Part shown: positions 25,815-38,273 of the stretch, in pieces
How the letters are laid out: the number at the start of each line of letters is the position of its first letter
Numbering within the stretch: the first letter of the stretch is position 1
Origin: Kudoa neothunni
Lineage: Eukaryota > Animalia > Cnidaria
NCBI GenBank assembly: GCA_964304625.1
Contig: OZ199840.1
Coordinates: 6,383,120-6,447,119 of the forward strand
Reading direction: 5' to 3'
Length of the DNA stretch: 64,000 nucleotides
Position numbers and translations under genes: made by a program
The notes under the pieces: model-generated
Databases searched by the model: none
Told to the model about the DNA's origin: nothing
What the model saw: only the letters and a program-made list of their open reading frames with translations

Positions 25815-28800
25815 ATGGAAGAAAAAAATGCGGTACATCACCTCAAATGGTTTTTCTAAATTAGTTTTAGGATAGAGATGCCAATAAATTAGCGAAGCAG
25901 TATGAACAAAACATTAAAGTGATATTGGAGGAAGCAGAACAAAATAGAAATCGTATTTTTGTAGCGGCTCACAATCGGAGTCAGTTTTATAATTGTAGCA
26001 TCTAAATTTGACGAACAACACTATGAAAATCTGGATTCTTCGATGAAAAGGAATACATCCTTCGTGAAAAAGATAGTATTTGATTAAGTGGATTTACATG
26101 TTATTGTTTTTGTTACTGTTTAATAGAAGGGTTTTAACGAAGCCAATTTAAATTCGTTGTTGCAAGAAATCGAGCAACTGAATTTGAGCAATTATATCGA
26201 AGAAATTGTATGCCTGTTTTTGTGTGGATATTGATTTTAAATTATTATGTTTTTGGGATGTAGGCTTTGGGGCTTTTCGAGTGCAAATTTAAAGTAGTTT
26301 AATTCTAATCTCTTATTATAATTATTTTTTTCATTCTCTATTAAGATGGCGTCAGTTCCTCAGTTAGTATTGGTTCTTGGAAAGATACATCGAAATTACG
26401 CAAATTTTAACGTACTTTTGTACACAGTCGTTAAGGACAAGCTGTTGAACTATGTGTCGGAAGTAAATAAGATGGTTAAAAATTCTTCCTTTGAGAATAA
26501 CGAAGGTAATCAATTTTATTAATCGATTAAGTGAGGAAATATTATTTGGTTATATTTTGTAAATAGCTTGCTTATTCTCACAAGTATGTGATACATTTTT
26601 ATTTGACTTTAAACATTTCATAAGATCTTATTACCATGTCATATTTCTAATTAGTGTTACTGCTAATTTTTTTACGAACATATGTTGTAATTTGTTGAAA
26701 ACTTTGTGTTATACGATATAACAATATTTATGTTGAATTCGACAATTTAAGAGCTTGATTATCATTATTAACGTCTGATTTTTTCAACGACTTTCATTTA
26801 CTTTCTGCCGTAAAATTTAAATCTGGCTTAATGTTTGAGTAGGGAATCGCGGCTAAATTCCTGCATCGCTTTCATAGTTATTAGCATTAGCAATGATTTT
26901 TAGGAAGTTTCTGTTAGTTTGTATAAATTCAGTCTGTGTGTACTTAGTTCTGATTAGGATTAATTACTTCTTTTATTTTTTTGTAAATACGAGCTAAAAA
27001 AATTAATTAAAATAGATTTTAAAAATAAACTGAATATATTGCTCAGTATTTTCAACTTTTTTCGTAAAATATCCAACGCATTGTCTTATTAAAAAAATTT
27101 TATCACCTAAATAAAAACCACTCGAAATGTCGAATTTGATATAATTTGACGTTTTAATTTCATAATTTTGATAAATGACGACAAATTTGTTATAACAAAT
27201 ATTTACAAACTAAAAAACTGTCTAGATCATGGGTTCTCAACCGGGTATAAATTTTAAATGAAAGAGGTAAATTAAGTGAGTCACAATTGTATGGGGTAAT
27301 TTTGGCATAATGCCATTTGTGACGTACTTAACGAGTTCTAAGGAATTACATTATTCAGAGCTATTAAACTCACTAAGAAATTGGCAGAAATTCTTAAAAT
27401 ATTTAACGATTATTAATAAAATTATAATCGGTCTCTTTCTTATATGGCAGGGATAACTAAACCGTGGCTCTTGAAAAAATTTAATGTTGAATTTAGAAAA
27501 GCACAAAGTTTAAACTATTTAATCAAATAAAGAAATGAAATTTTTAATCGTAACCAGATAATATTTTTGTTTAGAAAACATAGTTACAAACTACCATATA
27601 GTTCTAATATTTTATGCAAACCAGAATTATTTCTAATTTTATTAAGAAATACAATTAAAATTATTGTTTATCCATTGCCAAAGTGATAGATAACGAAAGA
27701 ATAAAATACACATTAAAGCTTTAAAGATGATTCATAATTCCAACTCACCAAGCGAATTTTGGAAATACTTTCCAGAAACCAAATACCCAAAATTAAAAGG
27801 AGTTTGCCCCAAACTTGTTTTTATCTTTATTAAAACTTATTGTTGTGAGTCCATTTATTCAACGATGAAGTTTGTAAAATTGAGGAATCGCGGTCCCTTC
27901 CTCCTTTCCTCACAAACAAATAAACAAACAAGAACCTGACGGTACTAATTCGTACAGCGTCAACCACATATGAACCGATTACCGTCAGTTCACTGATAAT
28001 ACGGAAACATAAAAAAGTTGTAACATTAGAAACAATTTCTAAAATAAATATTTCGAATGAATTAAATTCTTGTGTTATTACTTTATTCATAAATATTTAA
28101 TTCCATTTTTTGTCAGACTACCCTACATGATTAAATATGAAAAATATTTTACTGTTTTTACGACCTTTTTTCATAGAGAAAAGTTTCTTGGATCATTAAC
28201 AATTTATTTACGTTTTTGGAAAAACCATCATAGTTTATACCTGTAAAAATTAGAAGTAAGTTTCCCAGCTATTAACTGAATAAGAAAAAAATTAAAAAAC
28301 CTTTATTTATAATTCTACACCATTTTATCGTAGTATTTACCAAAAATTTTCCAAAAATGTAAGTTTTAAATAAAAAAGAGGTATATAATTGATTTTATGT
28401 CTTATAGCTCTTGAAAATTTGGTTAACCTTGAAGTTGACTCCCGATCTGGTCAAGTCTGGGCACCCCAGTTAAAAAGCTCGTTTCTTTTTTAGTGATGCA
28501 GCCTAATGATGATAAAACTTAAACTGGCTATTTTCATGGTATATAATATTTGGGTGTCATTAGTTTTGACCATTTTTCATTACTTCTGATCTCTAAAAGT
28601 AAATGAATGGGCCAAAACTAATATAATTTGTAGAAATCTAAAAAAGTAGATCTGTAAGCAGATTGTGAGTAAAAATTGTCAGTATGAAGGCGTACATGCC
28701 TTTTAGGACCAGAATTTACACCTAAACCAGCCGCTGTCATAGCTAAACCAGTATAAAGCCCTAAAGTAAATATGAATTTGGTTTCCAAATTAAGGGGATA

Positions 28801-31800
28801 GATTTGGATTTTTCACCAAGCCGAGGGGGGTACATTTGAAAAATCGGTTGAGGACCCCTATTTCAGATTATTAATTTTTAACATTTAAAATCGTAGCTGT
28901 ACACATTTTCTTTTATGAAATTCTTCGTTAAGAATCTCTTGGGTAGCATTATCAATTTTAATTGTTAGAATAATAGTTTTTTAGAAATGGGCATATTTCT
29001 AATCTTTTAGTATTATTTTTTAACGAATAAATTTCAAAGTAGACTAATTATATAAAAATGAATTAGCTTATTTTTATCATTAATGCAATATATCACGAAT
29101 GTTATCTATCGAAATACTTGAATTATCAAATAAATCATTATTTTCTAATTAACGTAATAAATTTAATATATCTATAAATTTTTTAATTATTTCGTTAGAT
29201 ATTTTCATCTCACAATAAACTTTATATATACATATGTATATAAAATCGGTTTGTCGGAACCTACAAACATTTTTTATTATCTTTTCATTAATCATGTTGA
29301 GATTTTTAAATTAAAATTTAACTATTAATTAAATATGAATTACTCATAGACGGGGTATAAGGAAACCAAGCGAAATGTCGATCTAACCAAACCAAACTAG
29401 GACTTAAACTGTCACATTTATAATGAAGTGATAACCACGTTTAATTTTAGCTGTTTTATTTTCTCTCATTGTAATTGTTTACTCAAATAATCACGCAACA
29501 ATAAAAGAGATAAAAAATGGATAAGGTAATGATTTCAATGTTGTATGAACGGATCTACTATGCTTTACCGCCCATTTACGTTCCTCCAACATTATCTAAG
29601 AGTGCTAAAAAAATCTTCACGGCCCCTTAAACTATTGTCTTCATATTAAATATTAAGCAACACAGATCTAAATATTCATAATTTTGTGATTAAAACCTAA
29701 AGTGAGTTAGAAACGCTTTTCTACCATAGTGAGGTCCTCTGTAGAAACAAAAAATATTTGTGATTAAATTTTCACAATATTTACTTTTTGGTTACGTAAT
29801 GAAACGTTCTAACCTTGTTATTTTCTTTCTTGCCAACGATTGGATTTTCGGTATGTTATTCATTTTGAACATTAATTATAGTGGAACTCACAACCTGTTC
29901 TTTCATTAGAATTCAGCCAGTCCGTAGTCAATGTTAATAGAATATAATTGCGTCTCGTAATTAAAAATAAAAGATGGATAAGGTTCTCAATTATTCAACT
30001 TTTCCAAGTCATTTTAAGTCCTACAAGATGATTTACTAACGTGAAATTCCAATGTAATTATGTAATTGTTTCGAACCTTGATCGTTCTTTAACACTTGGG
30101 ATTTGTGTGAATTGAAAAAACGGTAATAATTCGTTCAAGACAACCATTTCTAACTATCTCTGAATACTCTCAATATTTACTATTCTAGTATCGTACTTTT
30201 TCATTTAGGGTAATTTTTTAATATCATATAATAGACGTTTGCTAAAAATGGCATAATATGTTCAAAACTTGTGTGCATTTATTATTCTTTTTATCAATTT
30301 CAGCGTTAACGCATTGTATACTTATAGTCATATTACCTCACTAAATCTACATTATTTTAACATTATTTTTCTAATAATTTTTTAGACTCTACAACCAATG
30401 TATACTTTTGTTTCCCAAAATTCAATGTTGTTGATCGTGTTTATTATTTAGAAAGGACTCCACAGTCAACTCTCTAATTTGGTCCTTATTTTCTACCTAT
30501 TTTGCGAGATGTTGGTGTATGAGATTGTTCCCACCAAGAAACACAACGATTTCAATACCGTTGTACGTGCTGTTCTGACGCTGTTGTTCGAAAGCACAAA
30601 AAATCTTAATCTCAATTGTTTGGCCCTACTTGTGCAACTTTTTAAGCATGTTGGTATTAGTTATGCCGGAATTTTTCCAAGGAAATTAAGGTAAGTTTTT
30701 TCTAAATACTCTCTGATAATTATCCGCCGACAGACAAGCAATGGAAGAACAAAATGGGCCAGCTACTACTCAATCTCCATCTTGTTATTTCCATGTAGTT
30801 TTTTGTTGTCATTGAAAAGATTGAACATTTTTCTAAAGCTAATTGATGAAAATCTAAGAAATTGGACCAAAGATGAACTTGATAAATGCTTTGAAAACTT
30901 TTCTAATTATTTCATTGAAAAGTCTGAACAGTTGTACCTCGCTGAACAGACCAACAATCAGATTATTGGTGTAATAATCATTTATACTAATTATGATCTT
31001 CTCAATCTTTTCAACGCTTGAATCTAGTTACGTGGTGCTTTATCGCAAGAAAAAAAAGATGCATTTGAACAACTACAATGTCTACATAAAAAAATGAAAA
31101 AGAATGTCGACATGTTAGCTGTACGTTAATTTTCGATCAATTCATCCACACTACATAACACATAACAATTCCCCCTTAATATATCTTTTGTAGGATATAC
31201 TGGATAGAGATTGCCCTTCCTTTGAAATTAAAACGTCAATTGGTAGATATATCGCCCCAAAACAATGCTAATCATTAAATTAGTGTCTGTGGTACTTGAT
31301 CGATTAGGAGAAAATATCGATGTTGTGCTGCCGGAAAAAGATACCGATGTATCATCTCTTCAGCTATATTAGTCCATAAATGCTGATCGCTGATCCAGGG
31401 TCATTTTATTCAGTAATAACCAGAGGTTCCAACCATCTTTAATTTTAATAAGTTTAACTCTTTGGTTGTTTAGGAATGCTAATTAACCACGATAGAATAT
31501 TAATTAAGTTAAATTGAATCGAATTGAATCATAGGAAATAATTAGAACTTTTATACTGTCTTTAAATAGAAATTGATGTGTGGTAAAAAATAAAAGCCAC
31601 AATATGCATGAGTGCGAATTGTTTTAAGTATTGTTTGACAGGAAGTTTGATATATTTTTGAAACTTAATTTAATGTAATAGAATAAAAATTTGTAGCAAA
31701 TACAATCTTGAACTACACTCAATTGATCAGTTTTACAATCAGAAATTTGTGGGCTGTTTTGTTGACGTTTCAGTCACCTATCAAACTTAATTTTCATATT

Positions 31801-34790
31801 AAGGCTTTCAATCTGCTTCTTTGGGGACGATATTGAGATAAAATCGTTTTACACGGATCTTCCATGTGTGGTATGTAACTAACTCTGTCATTATCAACGA
31901 GAGATTGCTGCAATGAACGGATGCTAATGTTTTATTTTGTGTAGAAATTTAAAAATATTATCTTTCCAAAGACGTCATATTTTGATTTCAAGAATAAAAT
32001 GACTCAAAAACGTTTAAAAATCATCAAAGACAATATTGGTCGATTTAAAAAATGATATGGATTTTGATGAAAATAATACGGATTTGCTAGGTAGCGTATA
32101 ACACACCCAACTCATTTGCAGTTATTGTCTTTAGATTATGAGAAAAGAAATATCAGTTGTGTTAATGAGAAATGAAATTTCAAGTAATATGATGAGTTAC
32201 ATAACTCAGCTGCAACAACTTGTAAATCGTGATTTAATCAATAATGTGAGTTTGTGTGATACATTTTTGTTTCTAATTTTAATGTGTGTATAGGCTGCCA
32301 TTGAATTTTTGAGTTCGTTGTTCACCAAGAAAAATCAAAAAATTCTCATCGAAGTACTTCATGGGCGCACCAGATACATTCAACTGAGGTATGTTATTTC
32401 ATATACCTGATTTATTGAGTCGTTTTTGAATAATTTAAAATTAAAATGAATTTTTAAGACTTGGTTTGCTTCCATTTTTTGCCAGGCTGATTGCTATCAT
32501 CAGCCAAGTGTTCCCTGAATTTGGTTATGAGATTGTCTATTTGCTTTGTCGTGATATTCGCTATCATGTAAATTTTTTATGCCTAGCTCCTTAAATAAAT
32601 CTATTAGTAATATACATATCTTTTGTGTAGGTTCAAAAGAAAAATCCCAACAATCTTGAATACAAACAAAGATTAGTCAAATACATCGGTATCATACTTT
32701 CCATCGCCCCAATTCATAAATTTTCTCAACATAACATTGGGATTTAGGCGAATTAACTCTTTTCGAAATATGCCCCAAGTTAGAAACTATAAATGTCGCC
32801 AAAGTAATATTAAAATTCTCTCTTAAAACCCTGTATTAATGAGTCATGTTGATATAAATGGTGTAGGTCTTTCTAGCTGATTTCTACGGTCACAACATCG
32901 ATATGCTATGCACTTTGCTAGATAGTTGTGGTAGATATCTGTTTGTAAATCATGAATCACATCAACCCACCAAACAACTGCTGGTATTTAGCCGACAAAA
33001 CTGCTGTTTCTTGGCTTGTTCTTACGCAGTCAAACATATCTCACCTCTAAATTTTGTGTAGGAGGTTGTTATTCGTAAAGTCAAATTCAGTATGATGGAA
33101 CGATGGCATGTTAGTCAGCTTGAAAATGCATGTCTCGCCTGCAATCCTGTCGCTGCCCTTAATTATAAAGTAAATGATCGATTTTAAATCACTTATATTT
33201 CCGATCCAATTCTTACTTTGATAGAATAAAAAAGCCAGAAAGTCAAAAGATCCCATTCTTCGCTATGTCAAATTCATTCTGTATACCACTCTCAGTAGGA
33301 AGACTTCTCAAAAAAATTTTCAAAGCCTCCTTCAGCTACCTTTTCATCATTTTCAGGTAATACCAAATAAATATTGTCTTTTTCCCATCATGTCATTACA
33401 TGGTGTAGGTGTATTGGTATGTGGTGAAATGTTTTTCGCGACCTTGGAAATTTAAATTTTCGTTGATTGACGTTGTTGTTTCCATGATAACTGCTCTTAA
33501 TTCCCGTAAAGTACTTTAACTAAACGACCACTTATAATGTTCGATCGTAACTATAAACTTTGATCCAGGGCCACCTTGTCAATGCCATTACTGATAGAGT
33601 ACTTGAAACTATGACCGCATTTATGGAGGTAACCGAAAATTCAATACATCCTTAAATAAATTAGACAAAATTTATAAATATGGGAATTTTTATCTAGAGT
33701 TTTGATTATCATTACAATCAGAAATTGTTATGTATAATGGTGTATTTGGGAGAGTTTTACAACTTTGGATTGATTGACTATAATACTCTTATACGAATAT
33801 TATACTTTATTGTCTCGCATAAATTTATTTTGGACAATTCTCAATATAAATGTAAATGGTTGGTTGCTTTGATATGTAGCATGTAATTGTGTTTTTTGTT
33901 GTTGAAGGTGTTGATCCTGATCACAATCTCATACGGATTCGAATGGTTTGTGACTGGTGAAAACAGTATTTCCAACGATTGATTTATGCGACAAGGAGAA
34001 AAAACAATCACTTTTTAACTTTCTACTCTTTTTTCAGGTAATACTCAAATTGAATTTCTTTCAAGTAGATCTTAACATTACATATTATAACATTAGTGCT
34101 ATTATTGGGACAAGAAGCTTTCCGATATCTATGCTGATAATCAATCATATTTTCCTCATTCGATTGACATGATTATGCAGGAGACCTTTGAATTTATCGA
34201 CTTTGTGGTGCCATTCTACGAGAGTGCAGATGAAGCCAAAAATGCATTTGAACAAAAATTCAATACCATAGTCGACAGCAGCACTTGCTATCTTCAACCA
34301 ACCGCTGTTTCTCCCCTCTTACGACTGTGGTATAGAGAGGGATATAGCATCCGATGTATATGACGATTATGAAGATTTGAACCCTGAAACTTTTATGGAA
34401 CATGAATACGAACGTCTCATCCAAGATAGATACAACAATCAAGAAAATATTCGCAACAAAAAAGCTATCGCCATCAATATTCCATATGCCGTTGTAGCAT
34501 CTTCCTCGTCATCCTCTTCGTTGTCATCTTTGGAAGATTCCGAAGACAAATCAATTCCGTTTGTAGCTTGCCATCAGGTCAATACTGATTATGATGATAA
34601 GTTGCAACAAAAAGATGTCAAAGTGAAGTTTGTAGTGAGAAAAAATAAAAAACCAATTGGCAAAGAAGTTATCATTCCTGGTGATTCATTCTTGGCATCT
34701 GATATTCTTCACAGGAAACAAATTGAATTGAAAGAAATGAAGCACATTAAAAGCCTTGTACTAAACCTTGAAAAAACTTCAAACCGATGA
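25815..34790 (+). CDS. UPF2: Regulator of nonsense transcripts 2 (three MIF4G domains), many exons
   Basis: Spliced motifs LDSSMKRNTSFVKKI, LNLSNYIEEI, NRDLINNAAIEF, LLPFFARLIA, VKYIGEL, DFYGHNIDMLCTLLDSCGRYL and C-terminal FVVRKNKK...IPGDSFLA...HIKSLVLNLE match UPF2. Some internal exon boundaries are approximate. Confidence 0.92.
27228..28860 (+). mobile_element. hAT-Charlie-type MITE family A copy 2 in the UPF2 intron (interrupted)
   Basis: CATGGGTTCTCAACCGG ... CGGTTGAGGACCCCTA; flanks GTCTAGAT/TTTCAGAT; homologous to 10037-12690. Confidence 0.75.
27448..28469 (+). mobile_element. hAT (Charlie/SPIN-like) relic nested in MITE A
   Basis: Ends CAGGGATAACTAAAC / GTCTGGGCACCCCAG. ORF 27727-27939 SEFWKYFPETKYPKLK...TYCCESIYSTMKFVK is a hAT dimerisation domain. 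Confidence 0.7.
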
Positions 34791-36019
34791 TAATAGGGAC
34801 ATTGATCAGGTGTATCGAATTAAAAAAATAAATTTCCAGCTTCAACCTCGGCACGAAAAGATTGAGGCATTCGAGAAGCAACTCCAGGCCACGTTGTTTT
34901 TAATCATCAAACAATAGAGCTTCGTGATACTACTGTTGTTAAGCACCTTTACTTGTTTTTCATCTTAAATATGTTCTTTTGTTTTTGCTTCGCCATTTAA
35001 TTGTGTCACATACATTTTAATGCCAAATTTTCTACGCCAATATCCAATTCATATACGCTGCGTAAATATTTTCAACTCTTCCATGAAATGTATAAAATGC
35101 ATAATATGAGCGGCTATTTGATACAGAGCAAGGTATAAATAAGGAGTAGTTATTTATATTTTAGATATATAATGATTTTTACAAATTATTTGAAAAAATC
35201 GGATATTGAATATTTAAGGAAAAATAATATATCCACCAATAAAACAATTATTTCTTAAAAAATTATTAACGTAAATTGTTATATTTTTATTTTAAAGAAC
35301 ATTATTATATTTGTTTACACGACATACAGTGACATTTTTTTATTCGATAAATTTTTTGATAAATATAATAATGCGCTTGAATTTATGCTCGATTCTAATG
35401 ACTAATTATCGATTATTTTCTCATGAAATTTAAAATATAATTACGTATGTTAATGACAGGTTAAATTGCAGTTTAGTACAATGGGCGAGGGGTGGTTCGT
35501 AATTTCTGATTGCGCGCGCGCTATTATATATTATGGAGGAAAAATGCTATAAATCAACTATAATGATAAGTTATTTGGAGGAAATTACTCAGTTATAGTA
35601 ATTTTTTTAATTTGCTGACAATTCTATTGGTGTGTTTCTCTTCAATATCCGTTTGATGATTACAACTATTTAAACCGTTATATCGAGTACTTTTTTCTAA
35701 ATCAGACAAATGAGAGAAGAAATTTTGAATAAAATAATTTTTCGTTCTCTATCGTCATTATGAAATTTGTAATCTCTGCGACAGTTACCATCACTTATGA
35801 AATCATTAATATTGATGTCATTTTCATATTGTTTCCGCTCCATACCTTCACTGGTTTTATAACAAAGTTTTTCTGTTATATTTCTCTTTTAATTTACTAA
35901 CTCAATTTTTATTTCTGTCCCTCATTCCGTCACCAATCGAAAAAAATCTCAGCTCACCCGAAAGTTACGAACCACACGTCATTACAAAATAATCCACAAA
36001 TATGATTAATTAATTTAAC

Positions 36020-38273
36020 CTTCCGAGCTCCTGAAAATCGACTTTACGCATTCCTTCTTGTGGAGTCCAATGGACCCCCATATTTTAGCTCAAATTATGG
36101 ATAAAAATAAAATAAGTAATTTAACAAAGTATGAGAGAAAACTATCGATAAAATATCGGAGACCGTTACAATTATACCACCAGGCGGTTGTTAACGATAA
36201 TTACCGAAACATTTAAAAGGTTAAATTAAGCATTAAATTGAACGAGTTTAGCCTCTTTTTTAATATAATGGATTTTAATAAAAATATATATCATTCCCCA
36301 TTAATTAAATCTTAAAAATTATTTCCTTCGTAATTAATTTCTTAATAATCACGCCCAATAATACCCGCAATACATATTGTTCCAAAATACATAAGATGCG
36401 AGATATTCATATTATCTCGGATTCTGATATTACAAAATATCACGCAAAAAACTTTTGAATTACTTTCATCACAGGTGGCTCAACAAACAAAGCAAAAAAT
36501 CCTCGTTTTCTGCCTCCGAGATCTCGAACAATAACGGCATCGCTCACGATCAACAAATTCTATTATGCAATTATAATTTTTATCAACTCGATTTTTGTTT
36601 CTCTGAACATAATCATTCGCCAAACCATTTTCAAGCTCTTCTAGAAACTTAACTTTTGAACAATTGATATCATTGAAAACAGTCATAAAGATAAAGTGAA
36701 TTAACCAAGCTAATACCAACCATAATGAAGAATATTGTTGTCGACCATCGATTCGTTTACTTTATACATTCGTTGTAGCAATAATATGATCCATTGTTTC
36801 CACCCCTCCTTTTTAACGATTATATTCCAGATTAACAAGTTTTTTCAGTCTGTATCTTTAGCATTTGTAATGAACCGGGGGTTGTTAGTAGTGAAACTGT
36901 TTTGCCTTCTATAGGAACATAGGAGATTAGTATTAATTTTTGATTAAACAAAAGTGCACTGAAATTTCCCGTTTGAATTTTATTAGATAATTTGTAATAT
37001 CTCTTTTGATTATTTCGGATTATTTCCAGTTATTCCCCCCATGTAAGAGTTTTGGGGAAATGGAAACTGAAGTAAAGAAATTTTCACAAACGATATTTCT
37101 CCCACATTCCATTAATGATGACAAGATCTAGAACAATATCTCCTCAACATTTTCTGACGTTTCATTATTATTATTTTTATCCAAATACACAGGTAAGTTA
37201 TGAATGTACTTGGTCTCGGGATTGGTAAGGAGAAAATACTTAATTCAGTAAATTGCCGGCTTGGACGGTGTATATTGCCCGAAGTAAAAATTTCCTTTAA
37301 AAGCAAATAGCTGCTCGTCAATGATCAAACTTTCCAACCCTTAAAAATATCACAAATGGGGAAGAACTTATCCATGATCCTCAAGCTTCTCTGGTTTTGA
37401 ATTCTTTATAGCGTATGAAGCTCGAAATTTGTGAAAACCTATTTAATGGCATAATCTTTCGAAAAATATCCCTTCGCTTTCCAACACTTCAAAGCAATTT
37501 GGATCATTCCAATTAAGATTTAAAAAATGAGAATACAATTGTAGACTCCCAAATCAGCTAACAAATCTTGTTTTGAAAAGTCTTCAAATAATTCTGATAA
37601 TTAAAATTGGTAAACGCGTTAATGTTTGAAATAACGGTTGAGAAAATAGATTCACCATGCAATATGAGATATGATCAGCTAAGAAGGTGATTTTGTTTGA
37701 AACATACGAAATTGAACCTGGATACTTGAAAAAATATTTCGTTTCAAGCTTTTAGCTATTTGATATTTCGCAGAAAACCAATAAACACCATCCTTATCTT
37801 CGTAAAAGTTTCGATAGCGTTTTTTATCTTCAGAAACATTAGAATGACATAAATATAAATTATTAAAAGATATCATAAAATTCATCCAAAATATTACGCT
37901 CAAAACGATTTATAGTAGCGTTTTATTCGTCGGCAATGATCGATATTTAATGTGTGTATGGTTTTTTCAAGTTTTCTCTGTTTCCTCTCAATAAAATTTT
38001 ATTCAATTCTCAAAATTGTTGTAAATTATTTTTCTATGCTGTTTGATAGAAAAACACGTGGTTCAATTGGACCCCAAAAGAAGGAATGTGTAAGTATTTT
38101 GATTATTTCGTTACCTGAATGTACAAATTAAAATTTTCTGTTATATTTTAATAGAACTTAAAATTTTAGGGAGAATAGATAGGATCTTCAATCAAATGAT
38201 GTAAAATAAGGTCTTCTAAAATTGATTCAAACATCCTTTGGGGTCCAATGGACCCCAAAGACGCCCAGGAGGT
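36020..38273 (-). mobile_element. Degenerate piggyBac
   Basis: TTAA|CCTTCCGAGC...CCCAGGAGG|TTAA with GGGGTCCAATGGACCCC palindromes. The - strand has remnants KDGVYW, IIDEQLFAFKGNFYFGQYTPSKPA and YNR*KGGVETMD. Confidence 0.85.
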
